Shown: piece after piece, positions 1-9,584 of the stretch
How the letters are laid out: each line of letters opens with the position of its first letter
Position numbering within the stretch: the first letter of the stretch is position 1
Assembly (NCBI GenBank): GCA_035627515.1
Contig: DASPLQ010000012.1
Coordinates: forward strand, 778,331-842,330
Length of the DNA stretch: 64,000 nucleotides
Direction of reading: 5' to 3'
Source of the DNA: Vitreimonas sp.
GTDB taxonomy: Bacteria > Patescibacteriota > Microgenomatia > UBA1400 > PJMF01
The notes under the pieces: model-generated
Database searches by the model: none
What the model saw: only the letters and a program-made list of their open reading frames with translations
Told to the model about the DNA's origin: nothing
Translations under genes and position numbers: made by a program

Positions 1-2
1 TA

Positions 3-974
3 CCACCTCTTCAGCAAACGTTGATATCGCAAGCACAGGTATTATTTTTAAGTTGGGCATTACCTTTTTTTTACTTTACTACTGCTGAGTTTTCTCTGTT
101 ATCTGTATATAAGCACGCTGATATTCTCTATTCGTGGTCACGTGTTAAAAAATTTATAGTACTGATTTTGTTTCACAGTGTAGTCATGTTTAGTTTGATG
201 ATGACGGGTCAGTTTCTAGCCGGTAATTTTTCAAGGTTAGAAAATTGGCTAGGATGGTACTTTTATTCACTAAAGTATGGTAATCCTTCAGCAGTAATTT
301 TTCTATTTCATGCCCTCCTCATCTATTTGGCAGCACATCTAGTTCAAAAGCTAGGACAACTTGTTTCGCTGAAGATAGTGAAATGTTTACTAGTAATAGG
401 GATGATTTTGACATGGTTTTTTTGCTATCAGTTGCCGCTCATTTTTCGGGCAACAGGCTTAACCATTAGCCTCACTTCATGGGTGGGGATGATGGTAGGT
501 TTTATCGTCACTTTACTACCATTTTCTTACTTTTCTCCAGCCAAAAAAGTATTAACTATGCCTATGCTATTGGCAGTAGTGGTTCTGCCAATGCTGATGA
601 GTGGTTTGCCATATTTATTATGGCCACAAGCTTTACCACTACAGGTGGCGGCTTTGATTTTACTAGGAATTACTCTTCATGGTTTGCGAAGAATTTTTGC
701 TCATTTGAGTGGTGCTCTAGCACAACGACTATCGCAATGGGGACAAGAATATTCACTGGGCATTTTTTTATTACATGGTCCAATTATGAAAACAATAGAT
801 TGGCTAATGACAAAATTACTAGCAGCTAATGATGGAGGGTCTGAGTTATTAGGAGTATGGCTAGCGATTAATTTGCTAACACTAGGGTTGACCTTAGTCA
901 TGGTAGTGCTGGTAGCTCACTCACCTTTGAGAACTTTAATTACTTTACAAACAGTCGCGGAGCAAAAAAAATAA
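3..974 (+). CDS. Multi-pass membrane protein, probable acyltransferase family 3 (5'-truncated by window edge)
   Basis: Frame is open back to the window start; about 9 hydrophobic segments; C-terminal 'G..YSLGIFLLHGP' resembles the AT3 'SxGIYLxH' motif. Confidence 0.6.
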   Translation, partial: PPLQQTLISQAQVLFLSWALPFFYFTTAEFSLLSVYKHADILYSWSRVKKFIVLILFHSVVMFSLMMTGQFLAGNFSRLENWLGWYFYSLKYGNPSAVIFLFHALLIYLAAHLVQKLGQLVSLKIVKCLLVIGMILTWFFCYQLPLIFRATGLTISLTSWVGMMVGFIVTLLPFSYFSPAKKVLTMPMLLAVVVLPMLMSGLPYLLWPQALPLQVAALILLGITLHGLRRIFAHLSGALAQRLSQWGQEYSLGIFLLHGPIMKTIDWLMTKLLAANDGGSELLGVWLAINLLTLGLTLVMVVLVAHSPLRTLITLQTVAEQKK

Positions 975-975
975 T

Positions 976-1395
976 ATGGTATCTGCAAACCCAACTTGTA
1001 TTATCTGTGATCTAGATGGAACACTGGCATTAATTGACCACCGTGATCCTTATGATGCCACCTTATGCGAGCTTGATTCTTTGAATCATCCCGTAGCAGC
1101 GGTATTAGAGCGCTTTGCTAATGATACTGATATTGTGTTAGTTTCTGGCCGCATCGATACTTGGCGAACAGAAACTGAGCGATGGCTAGAAACACATTGT
1201 ATACCTTACACGAAACTGTACATGCGCAGAGCAGGTGATCGGCGCAAAGATACAGTTTTAAAAAAAGAAATTTTTGAACGCCACATTTCACCGCAATGGG
1301 AAGTTCGCTTTGTGCTGGAAGATCGCAACCAAGTAGTGGTGATGTGGCGCGAGTTGGGTTTAGTCTGTTTCCAGGTAGCTCCCGGAGATTTTTAA
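976..1395 (+). CDS. HAD-family phosphatase resembling the 3'-phosphatase domain of T4 polynucleotide kinase
   Basis: 'IICDLDGTLA', 'VSGR', 'LYMR..GD.RKD..LK' and 'EDRNQVV.MWR..GL.CFQVA' motifs. Confidence 0.8.
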   Translation: MVSANPTCIICDLDGTLALIDHRDPYDATLCELDSLNHPVAAVLERFANDTDIVLVSGRIDTWRTETERWLETHCIPYTKLYMRRAGDRRKDTVLKKEIFERHISPQWEVRFVLEDRNQVVVMWRELGLVCFQVAPGDF

Positions 1396-1411
1396 GTGTT
1401 ATTATTAAAGA

Positions 1412-3403
1412 ATGCCCGTTCAGTTCTCAAGATTGGTGTTGATTGCTCAAGCTCTAGCACTCGTGATTCTAATCATTGCCTTACGTTTGTTTCCGACTGT
1501 TTTTTTCCCGGCCAAACCGACGCCTCTCCAGCCAACTGCCAGTAATCCCGCTATCTTTATTGCCCCAGCTTCACCGGAAGGTAAAACGACGCTTGAAAGT
1601 AAAGTCATTGCTGAAAAATTAGATCTGGAACGGAAGCTGATTCAACCCACTTCACCTCAGCAACTGCTTGTTATTGCTCAAACAGTTGAAAAAGCTGGAG
1701 GGACAGTTATTGAACAGGCTGATGGCTTCATCGTAGCTGAAATTCCTAAAGAAGTAGAAACAGCTGTTGTTGCTCAACTCAAAAGTACTCAAGCCATTAA
1801 AAATATTGAAGTGGATTATCCCACTTTTGTGACCAGCGACAGTATTGATTGGGGTGTGAGTCATATTACTGCCCCACCCGTGTGGCCGGTTACGCAAGGT
1901 AAAGGAGTCACAGTAGGTGTTTTTGATTCTGGCGTTGATTATACCCATCCTGAACTAAATCAGTTGTACAGTAATGGCTATGATTTTGTTAATGATGATA
2001 GCGATGCTTTTGATGACCATGGGCATGGCACCCACGTAGCAGGCATTATTGCCGCACGGACTAATGATAGTGGTTACATTGGGATTGCACCCCAAGCTCA
2101 GGTGGTGGGAGTGAAAGTGATTGGTGCTGACGGCTCAGGTTATATAAGCGATTTAGTAGATGCCTTTGACTGGGCTTTGACCCAAGATATTCAAATTATC
2201 AATGTATCACTGGGCACCACGTATGACAGTCAATTACTTCATGAAAAAATTACCCAGTTGACGCAAAAAGGGGTAGTAGTGGTGGCAGCAGCAGGCAACA
2301 ACTATGGCGGGCCGTTGTTATATCCGGCCGCTTATCAAGAGGTTATCTCGGTCGCTGCCAGTGATACTAATAATCAGCTCGCTAGTTTTTCCAATTTAGG
2401 CGCTGCCGTAACGGCACCAGGGGTAGGAATTACCTCAACTGTTCCTGGTGGTGGTTACGCAACGTGGTCTGGAACCTCGATGGCGGCCCCGCATGTCTCA
2501 GGCGCCATAGCCTTGATGCTCAGCCAAGGTCAAACGAACGTGCGTACTCAGCTTCAAAAAACTGCTATCGATTTAGGCCCAGCTGGCACTGATACCTACT
2601 TTGGTTATGGCATGATCGATGCTCAGGCCGCGACACTGGGCCTTGATACCTTAGCGCCGGTGGTGACTTTTTCACAGCCACTTCACCAAGCTACAGTTAG
2701 TGGCAGGGTGACAGTAACAATGGAAGTCCAAGATGAAGCACCCATTTCTCAAGCTGAGTTACTTCTTTACCGAGATCAGGTTTCAAGCCCAACTCCTCTA
2801 TACAATTGGACAAATGGTCCCTATGTATTTAGTTGGGACACCCAGTCTGTAGCTCCTGGTGACTATACCTTAGTGGCGCAGGCTAAAGATGAATCAGGAA
2901 ACATAGGCGGAGCGCGTGTTATGGTGACCGTGGTGGCTGAATCCGCTTCGGCGAGCCCTTCACCGAGCCCTACTGTTACTCCTCAGCCTTCTCCCCTCGT
3001 GTCAACCCCAGCTGCCAAATTAGCAACTTCTTCTGCGCGACGGCGTGACCGAGCCTTACCTACTGCAACCCCCTCAGCTTCTGTTGCTCCCACTCCCTCG
3101 CCGATGGCGAGTGCGAACCCTTCACCACAGCCCGCCAGCTCACCTACCTCCAGTCCGGTACTAACTGACACGCCCCCAGGAGCAAGCGGTGATCATCGTC
3201 AAGATCAGACCACCCCAGCCGAAGAGAATCGTCAAAATTTTTATCATGGACCTGAGTATTGGCCACCTGTCACTAACTTAGATCAACGTCATAAGTTTGG
3301 TGAAAGTCAAACCAGCAAAGATGAGAAAAGCGATCACGAAGATAAAAGTAACTCTCGTAGCCGAGTCAAAGGAGTGACTACTAGCTGGTGGCGATTTTGG
3401 TAA
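1412..3403 (+). CDS. S8 subtilisin-like serine protease: N-terminal membrane anchor, Ig-like domain, Pro/Ser/Thr-rich tail
   Basis: Catalytic motifs 'VFDSGVD', 'HGHGTHVAG', 'SGTSMAAPHV'; oxyanion 'AAAGN'. Confidence 0.95.
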   Translation: MPVQFSRLVLIAQALALVILIIALRLFPTVFFPAKPTPLQPTASNPAIFIAPASPEGKTTLESKVIAEKLDLERKLIQPTSPQQLLVIAQTVEKAGGTVIEQADGFIVAEIPKEVETAVVAQLKSTQAIKNIEVDYPTFVTSDSIDWGVSHITAPPVWPVTQGKGVTVGVFDSGVDYTHPELNQLYSNGYDFVNDDSDAFDDHGHGTHVAGIIAARTNDSGYIGIAPQAQVVGVKVIGADGSGYISDLVDAFDWALTQDIQIINVSLGTTYDSQLLHEKITQLTQKGVVVVAAAGNNYGGPLLYPAAYQEVISVAASDTNNQLASFSNLGAAVTAPGVGITSTVPGGGYATWSGTSMAAPHVSGAIALMLSQGQTNVRTQLQKTAIDLGPAGTDTYFGYGMIDAQAATLGLDTLAPVVTFSQPLHQATVSGRVTVTMEVQDEAPISQAELLLYRDQVSSPTPLYNWTNGPYVFSWDTQSVAPGDYTLVAQAKDESGNIGGARVMVTVVAESASASPSPSPTVTPQPSPLVSTPAAKLATSSARRRDRALPTATPSASVAPTPSPMASANPSPQPASSPTSSPVLTDTPPGASGDHRQDQTTPAEENRQNFYHGPEYWPPVTNLDQRHKFGESQTSKDEKSDHEDKSNSRSRVKGVTTSWWRFW

Positions 3404-4490
3404 TATTTTTTGTTGTAGCGGCAGTAGTCATATCACTGCTAGGCTCAAAAATCACTTGCTGAGTGGGGTGGGCTAAACGCACTTGCTGCCGGTGAATCAT
3501 CTTGACGATTTCAATGTTAAGGCGTTGCTGGATATCCATGTATTGATTGTAATCACTATGAAGCACAAAATACACAATTTCGTAGACATATCCATTAGGC
3601 GTAATTTCTTTGAAGTGGACTCGGTCACATCTAATCATCTCTTCTTTAGCTAAGATTTCCCCAATTAAATCTGGCAACTTTTTTAACATGGCTGCAGAGG
3701 TGTCATAGGTAAATGTTAACTGAAATACTACTCGCCGCTCTGTCATGTGTTTGTAATTATTAACTCGCTCTTCAGTTAGTTTTTTATTGGGAAAAATAAG
3801 TTCCTGACCTTCCAGAGTTTGAATCCGAGTTGATTTCACGCCCACGTGCGTGACGATACCCATATCCTTACCAATGATAATAAAATCACCCACTTGAAAT
3901 GGTTTGTCAAAGTAAATGGAGAAAAAGGCAAAGAAATCTTCTAAGATATTTTGCAGTGCGAAGCCGATGGCAATACCGGCAATGCCTAACCCACTTGTCA
4001 AAGCTGTGACGTTGAAGCCTAAATTTTGCAAAATAACTAAGATAGCCACAATCCAAATCAAAACCCGACTGACTTTGACAATAAATTCCGCAATCACATA
4101 GCGGTCTGGGCTATCAGTATTCCTGACAAAGACTTGGCGCAAGCCATATTCACTTATCAGTTGTAAGACTCGGAAACAATAAACAGCGATAACGATAGTG
4201 GCTAGGTGACGTAAAAACTCTCCTGCCAGCAAGGGAACCTGTAACCAGTAAGTGGCTAGCCACACAGCCAAAAATATGTACAACGGCCACAGGTACGTGC
4301 GGCTAAGTTTACCAATGAAACGTTTCGAGCGGGAATGGGGATGGTGTGCTAAGTGATGTAACCGAGCAATACTAAAACGATGAAAAATGTGTGCTATCAC
4401 CAAAGTCATCACAAACGTCACTAGAGCAAGTGTCCAGTTTTGCTGAGTATTCGCGTACCAAAATTCCCATACGGAAGTATCTGAAAACAT
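3381..4490 (-). CDS. mscS: Small-conductance mechanosensitive channel (MscS family)
   Basis: 'LGIAGIAIGFALQNIL.DFF......DKPFQVGDFI', 'KSTRIQT.EG....PN'; ATG at 4490 chosen (alternative TTG at 4514). Confidence 0.93.
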   Translation of the reverse strand: MFSDTSVWEFWYANTQQNWTLALVTFVMTLVIAHIFHRFSIARLHHLAHHPHSRSKRFIGKLSRTYLWPLYIFLAVWLATYWLQVPLLAGEFLRHLATIVIAVYCFRVLQLISEYGLRQVFVRNTDSPDRYVIAEFIVKVSRVLIWIVAILVILQNLGFNVTALTSGLGIAGIAIGFALQNILEDFFAFFSIYFDKPFQVGDFIIIGKDMGIVTHVGVKSTRIQTLEGQELIFPNKKLTEERVNNYKHMTERRVVFQLTFTYDTSAAMLKKLPDLIGEILAKEEMIRCDRVHFKEITPNGYVYEIVYFVLHSDYNQYMDIQQRLNIEIVKMIHRQQVRLAHPTQQVIFEPSSDMTTAATTKNITKIATS

Positions 4491-4588
4491 AGTTATGGAA
4501 ACAGAGTATATCAATAAATCGGAAAAATTGTGGCTGATTCAGTCTTTTTTAACAAAACTCTTACTGAACTGTGATTAAACTCACATGG

Positions 4589-5290
4589 CTAATAAGCTCG
4601 TGCTGAACGGTTTTTAAGGTACATGCCCAATACAGCCACTAGAACTAAAATTCCGGCAGTAAAAAATAATAACGGCACATACCGACTCATCACAGACTGG
4701 GAAGTAGCGCTCGGCACAGGCTCAGAAATAACTTGGGGAGAGCTCATAGGTACTGGATTGATGGGTAAATTGGGATCGATAGTCTGGATAGGACCAGTCG
4801 TGGTAAGTGGATCATTGAGGACGGCACTGGTGGTACTAGCGCCTTGCACTTGTCCTTGGCGAGAAGTGGTATCTTTTTCTTGTGCTTGAGAAATAAACTT
4901 TAACTGACCTGCGGTAGTTACCGTGAAGACTTTGGTGAAGGCGTATTGGGTACCATCAATAGATTCTAGTTTTAGTTCTAGTGCACCTTCTTTGACGGTA
5001 TGGATGACTTTTTGGCCATTGGACTCGGTCCCAGCTAAGTGCGTAGCAGAGAAAGCGTTTTTGGCATCACCTTTGCCGGCATTGGTTAGGGCTTGAGGGA
5101 CAGTAGCGCCTGTTTCAGCGGCCAGATAGGATAATGTGTAGTTCACACTTTTAGTGTTAGTGGCAGTGACAGTAAATGAATGATCACTGTGAGAGTAAGT
5201 CAAACCAACTTGAGGTGTTTTGACAGTAGAAGAAGTAGTTGTGGCCATAAAAACCATGAGTGACTGAAGTAACTCCTTAATAATACTCAT
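4589..5290 (-). CDS. Hypothetical exported protein with C-terminal TM anchor
   Basis: Thr-rich beta-like domain, Pro/Ser linker, C-terminal hydrophobic helix followed by basic tail. Confidence 0.7.
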   Translation of the reverse strand: MSIIKELLQSLMVFMATTTSSTVKTPQVGLTYSHSDHSFTVTATNTKSVNYTLSYLAAETGATVPQALTNAGKGDAKNAFSATHLAGTESNGQKVIHTVKEGALELKLESIDGTQYAFTKVFTVTTAGQLKFISQAQEKDTTSRQGQVQGASTTSAVLNDPLTTTGPIQTIDPNLPINPVPMSSPQVISEPVPSATSQSVMSRYVPLLFFTAGILVLVAVLGMYLKNRSARAY

Positions 5291-5343
5291 AAATCAGCTA
5301 TTTAGGCTAGTCGGGAATTGCCCGGCATCATACAATTAAGTTT

Positions 5344-5886
5344 GTGTTACTTTTTATTTCTCTTCTAGTTGGCTTGCTAGTGAGCAAGATACTGCTGTGG
5401 TTTGGGCACTGGGCTATGTATCAAGTCCAGTGGTTACACGATCCGGTCTATGTTCCTAGTACTGATCAAGCCACCCGTGACATGGTGGCATTGAAAAGTA
5501 AGTGGGAAGGGGTACGAGTGGCTGATGTAGGCTCTGGCAATGGCAAGCTTGTGATCGCTTTTGCTAAGGAGGGAGCCATCGTGGACGGTTATGAAAATAA
5601 ATGGTGGTTGGTTTGGAACTCACGTCGTCGTATAGCTCAATTAGGCCTCAACAATACCGCTCAAATTAAGTGGCAAAATTTCTGGCAGGTCAATTTTTGT
5701 GCTTACGATGTAGTAATTTTATATACTTCTAATCATCTGATGGCGCAGCTAGAGCGAAAGTTGTGGCAAGAGTTACAGCCTGGGGCAGCAGTGATTTCTA
5801 ATACTTTTCAGTTCCCGCACTGGCCGCTAAAAAAACAGCTGGGCAATGTGTTTTTATATGAGAAGGGTTTGCCATTTAAAACGTAG
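5344..5886 (+). CDS. Membrane-anchored class I SAM-dependent methyltransferase
   Basis: 'YVPS', 'DVGSGNGKL', 'EL.PGA.VISNTF' with N-terminal TM. Confidence 0.85.
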   Translation: MLLFISLLVGLLVSKILLWFGHWAMYQVQWLHDPVYVPSTDQATRDMVALKSKWEGVRVADVGSGNGKLVIAFAKEGAIVDGYENKWWLVWNSRRRIAQLGLNNTAQIKWQNFWQVNFCAYDVVILYTSNHLMAQLERKLWQELQPGAAVISNTFQFPHWPLKKQLGNVFLYEKGLPFKT

Positions 5887-5940
5887 TACATATCTTTCAC
5901 AGGTGTCCTTTTTTTTTGGTCTGGTGTATCATGCTCGCAC

Positions 5941-7962
5941 ATGGCTAAAAAAGTCACTTCACCTCCAGCTCATTCCAGAGATACTTACGGTAAATTAATG
6001 ATGGAGTGCCAAAACGATTTAGCTTTACTGAATAGTATTTTGGAAAGTGCGCCTTTTGGCGTGGCATTTTTTAATACTCAATTGCAGTTTATTAAAGTTA
6101 ACCCCATTATGGCCAAGATCAATGGCAAACGGGTTAAAGCGCATTTAGGAAAAACGTTTACAGAATTAATGGGTAAGCCAGCTCAGTCATTTGAGGAGTA
6201 TCTACATAAAGTTCTTAAAACAGGCGAACCTATTTTTGAAGTTGAGTTTTCTACCCCGTCTATTAAAAAACCTGAGCAAGTCAATCATTGGTTAGCCGAT
6301 TACATTCCAATTTGTGCTGATAAAAAGTTAATTGGGGTGGCTGCGCTTATTTTTGAAGTTACTAATCGTAAAGAGGCCGAAGCTAAACTTCAACACCAAG
6401 CTAATTTACTGGAAAATGTTTCAGATGCGATTATTGCCACAGACTTAGATTACAATATCACCAGTTGGAATACAGCAGCCGAGAAATTGTATGGATGGAA
6501 GGCAGAGGAAGCGATTGGTGAAAATGCACGAGAAATTATTCCTACGACCTTCATTACTCATGCGCCAGAAGCTTTTAGATCACATGTGTATAAAGCCGGT
6601 TCGTGGCAAGGAGAGGTGATTCAACGGCGGCGTGATGGTGTTCCAATTGATATTTTAGCCTCAGTTAGTTTAGTCCGTGATTCAACCAAAAAAGTAGTGG
6701 GAATGGTGACCGTGAATCGGGATATGACTGAGATTAAGCAAACAGAAGAAGCTTTGCGTTTCTTGGCTGATGCCACTGGTGTGCTAGCATCATCTTTAGA
6801 TTATGAAACCAATCTTCGCCAGGTGGCTGAGTTAGCTGTCCCCACGATCGCTGACTGGTGTATTGTGCATTTGTTAGAAGGTGATGGTTCCTTGTCAGTG
6901 TCGGCACTTTCTCATTCTGATCCTGATAAAGTGAAGTGGGCATGGAAGTTAAGTGAAAAGTATCCACCCGATCCTGAATCGAGCTCTAGCATTATCACTG
7001 TTATTAAGACCGGCAAGCCAGATTTAATTAGTACAGTCACTCCCGAAATGATTAAGCTGGCGGCTCGGAGCAAAGAGCACTACAACATTATCAAAAAATT
7101 AGGCATGCGATCCTATCTATGTGTACCCATGAAAGCTGAAAATAAAGTGTATGGCGCTATCACCTTGGTGGCAGCAGAGTCAGGGTATAAGTTTTCACAT
7201 TTTGATTTAAGTATTGCTGAAGAGTTGGCAGGTCGGGCGGCTCTGGCAATTGTGAACGCCCGTTTGTTTGCGGCGTCCCTTCAAGCTGTGGAGGTACGCG
7301 ACGAGTTTATTTCCATTGCCTCTCATGAGCTTAAAACGCCTTTAACCAGTATCAAAGCTTTTGTACAACTGTTGCAGAAGCGCTTCAGAAATTCTAATGA
7401 TCTCAAGTCTCAGAGCTTTATAGAGAAGGTCCATGTCCAAATTGATAAGCTGACCCAATTAGTGACTGATTTGTTGGATGTCACTAAAATCCAAGCTGGC
7501 AAATTATCCTACAATATTGTGTCTTTCGATATTGGTGAGTTAGTGAAGACTGTTTGTGCTGACTTTCAAGATACGATTGATACGCATACCATTACCTGCC
7601 AAGTACTTTCGGTACAGGTAGAAGCAGATAAAGATAAAATCACCCAAGTCTTAACTAATTTTTTGTCAAATGCTGTCAAGTACTCGCCCAATGCTAAAGC
7701 GATTGAAGTTATTGTGAGTACTAAAAGTCAGCATGTGCGAGTGGCAGTCAAAGATCATGGAATTGGGATTGCCAAAGAACACTTGCCCAAAGTTTTTGAG
7801 CGCTTTTTCCGAGCTGGTGATAAAGAAGCTGGCACCATGTCTAGTTTAGGGCTAGGCTTATATATTTCCTCTGAAATTATTAAAGATCACGATGGCAAAA
7901 TTGGGGTATTAAGCGCAAAAGGCAAAGGCTCTACGTTTTACTTTGAGCTGCCACTGAAATAG
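5941..7962 (+). CDS. Cytoplasmic PAS-PAS-GAF sensor histidine kinase
   Basis: H-box 'ASHELKTPLT', N-box 'NFLSNAVKYS', G1 'DHGIGI', G2 'GLGLYIS'; two PAS and one GAF segment; no TM. Confidence 0.95.
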   Translation: MAKKVTSPPAHSRDTYGKLMMECQNDLALLNSILESAPFGVAFFNTQLQFIKVNPIMAKINGKRVKAHLGKTFTELMGKPAQSFEEYLHKVLKTGEPIFEVEFSTPSIKKPEQVNHWLADYIPICADKKLIGVAALIFEVTNRKEAEAKLQHQANLLENVSDAIIATDLDYNITSWNTAAEKLYGWKAEEAIGENAREIIPTTFITHAPEAFRSHVYKAGSWQGEVIQRRRDGVPIDILASVSLVRDSTKKVVGMVTVNRDMTEIKQTEEALRFLADATGVLASSLDYETNLRQVAELAVPTIADWCIVHLLEGDGSLSVSALSHSDPDKVKWAWKLSEKYPPDPESSSSIITVIKTGKPDLISTVTPEMIKLAARSKEHYNIIKKLGMRSYLCVPMKAENKVYGAITLVAAESGYKFSHFDLSIAEELAGRAALAIVNARLFAASLQAVEVRDEFISIASHELKTPLTSIKAFVQLLQKRFRNSNDLKSQSFIEKVHVQIDKLTQLVTDLLDVTKIQAGKLSYNIVSFDIGELVKTVCADFQDTIDTHTITCQVLSVQVEADKDKITQVLTNFLSNAVKYSPNAKAIEVIVSTKSQHVRVAVKDHGIGIAKEHLPKVFERFFRAGDKEAGTMSSLGLGLYISSEIIKDHDGKIGVLSAKGKGSTFYFELPLK

Positions 7963-7966
7963 CAGA

Positions 7967-8603
7967 ATGTCTACTTTTTCTACAGTACTTTTTGATTGGG
8001 ATGGCTGTTTAGTTGATTCATTGCCCTTATGGCTGAAGGCATGCAAAGAGTGTTTACCAGCATTGGCTAGGCCTTTAAGCGATTACGAGATTGCACGTCA
8101 CATTATTCCTGAGCTGAAGATGTTGACACAGTACGGTGTCAGTGAAGATGAAGTGGAGAAGTTTGGAAAAGCGGTGATTGAGTCAATTTACAATATTATC
8201 TCAGAAGGCAAATTTCATGCTGGAGCGTTAGAGTTAATTGACACTTTGCAGATACAGAACAAAAATTTTGCTGTAGTAACATCTTCTAATCGCTATTTTG
8301 TAAACCTAATTTTAGATAAGCACCATGCTTCAAATTGCTTTCCTTATTTAGTAGCCCGCGAAGATGTTATTAATCGGAAGCCTCATCCTGAGCCACTTTT
8401 TAAGGCTTTGGATTTATTGAGTGCACATCCTAATGGTAGGTGACTCCAAGGTAGATGTTTTAGCCGCCAAGGCTGCGGGTGTGACAGCAGTGCTTTTTTA
8501 TCCCCCCTGCCATGAGCTGTTCTATGAATGGACAACAATTAAAGAAGCTCAAGCCGACTATGTGATTCGAGATTTTGCTGAGTTAGCTGAGATAATAGGT
8601 TAA
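7967..8603 (+). pseudogene. HAD-IA hydrolase split by a frameshift near 8425-8440
   Basis: Motif I 'FDWDGCLVDS' and 'KPHPEP' are in 7967..8443; motif IV 'MVGDS..D..AA.AAG' is in the +1 frame (8421..8603). Confidence 0.75.
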
Positions 8604-8647
8604 AGACTATCAACGAACTCCATTTAACTATTAAGAGCTCAATCTGC

Positions 8648-8735
8648 TAGAGAAGTTGGCCTGGAGTGTGTTCATGGTGTGCGTAATGTACATTTTGACT
8701 GTAATGACATGTGTCCAGGGGAACTTCTGAAGGAA
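8648..8735. repeat. Dispersed 88-bp quasi-palindromic element, copy A
   Basis: Dyad at 8689/8690: AGAAGTT/AACTTCT, CCTGGA/TCCAGG, central AATGTACATT; 71/88 ungapped identity to 44204-44291. Confidence 0.85.
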
Positions 8736-9117
8736 AATCTACGGTGAGGAGTGATAGTTGAAAGGCCTTTAAGAAGATTTCTGAAGGGGCGCGAAAAAAA
8801 TGTCTTATCTTTTTGTTTGACAGTGTGTGCTCAAAAAGTGAACTTTCTGGAGGTTGTATGATTTTTGCCATTATTCATACAAACGAAAAAACATGAGCTT
8901 AATAAAAGACTCTCTCCCTCGTAACATTCACCTTACTGAGCAAAGAAAAATCACCCTCACCACTCTTTCTCCCGACCCTCATTTTTACCGTGACATAAAT
9001 AGTGCACGATCGTGGCACAACTATGCCACGGACTTTTAAGAGTGTTCAACGACATACCTCACCACCCTATCATTATCAACCCAGCCAAAAACCTCCACAA
9101 AATGGTACAATGATGAC

Positions 9118-9573
9118 ATGGTTGTGCATGCAATTTACGCTTCTACCTCTGGTAATGTTGAGGCTGTGATCGAAAAAGTGGCAGGAATTTTGCGAGCGGC
9201 TGGACAAGCCGTGGAGCTCCACCGCGCTGAGCAGACTTCACTTGACGTGATTACTAATAATGACACTTTTATTATTGCCACTTCGACTTGGGAACATGGT
9301 GAGCTGAATCCGTTCTTTCGAAAACTGTTGGAAGAGATGAAAGACCAGGACTTCACAGGCAAAAGAGCAGCCTTTATTGGCTTGGGTGACACGCGTTATG
9401 AGCCCGTTTTGTTTTGCCAGGGGATGGAGATTGTTCGCAAAGCGTGGATAGATCAACAAGGTCAGCAGATTTTTCAAACCTTAAAGATTAATGGTGAGCC
9501 ATATCATCACCTAGAAACTGTGGTGAGTGATTGGGCTCAAGGTTTACAACAGACATTGGAATCACAAGGATAA
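9118..9573 (+). CDS. Flavodoxin
   Basis: 'YASTSGNVE', 'ATSTWEHGE', 'FIGLGDTRY' FMN-binding motifs. Confidence 0.9.
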   Translation: MVVHAIYASTSGNVEAVIEKVAGILRAAGQAVELHRAEQTSLDVITNNDTFIIATSTWEHGELNPFFRKLLEEMKDQDFTGKRAAFIGLGDTRYEPVLFCQGMEIVRKAWIDQQGQQIFQTLKINGEPYHHLETVVSDWAQGLQQTLESQG

Positions 9574-9584
9574 CGAACACTCAC

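Noticed and set aside
2940-3180. Repetitive DNA in the subtilase 3' region
   Set aside because: Explained by a Pro/Ser/Thr-rich linker, not a nucleotide-level repeat
8647-8871. 74-aa minus-strand ORF covering element copy A (the same frame is open in copy B)
   Set aside because: Differences between the copies are mostly non-synonymous in that frame; conservation follows dyad symmetry rather than codons
8854-9039. 61-aa plus-strand ORF
   Set aside because: TTG start, no SD, no recognisable motif; lies in a fold-back non-coding region
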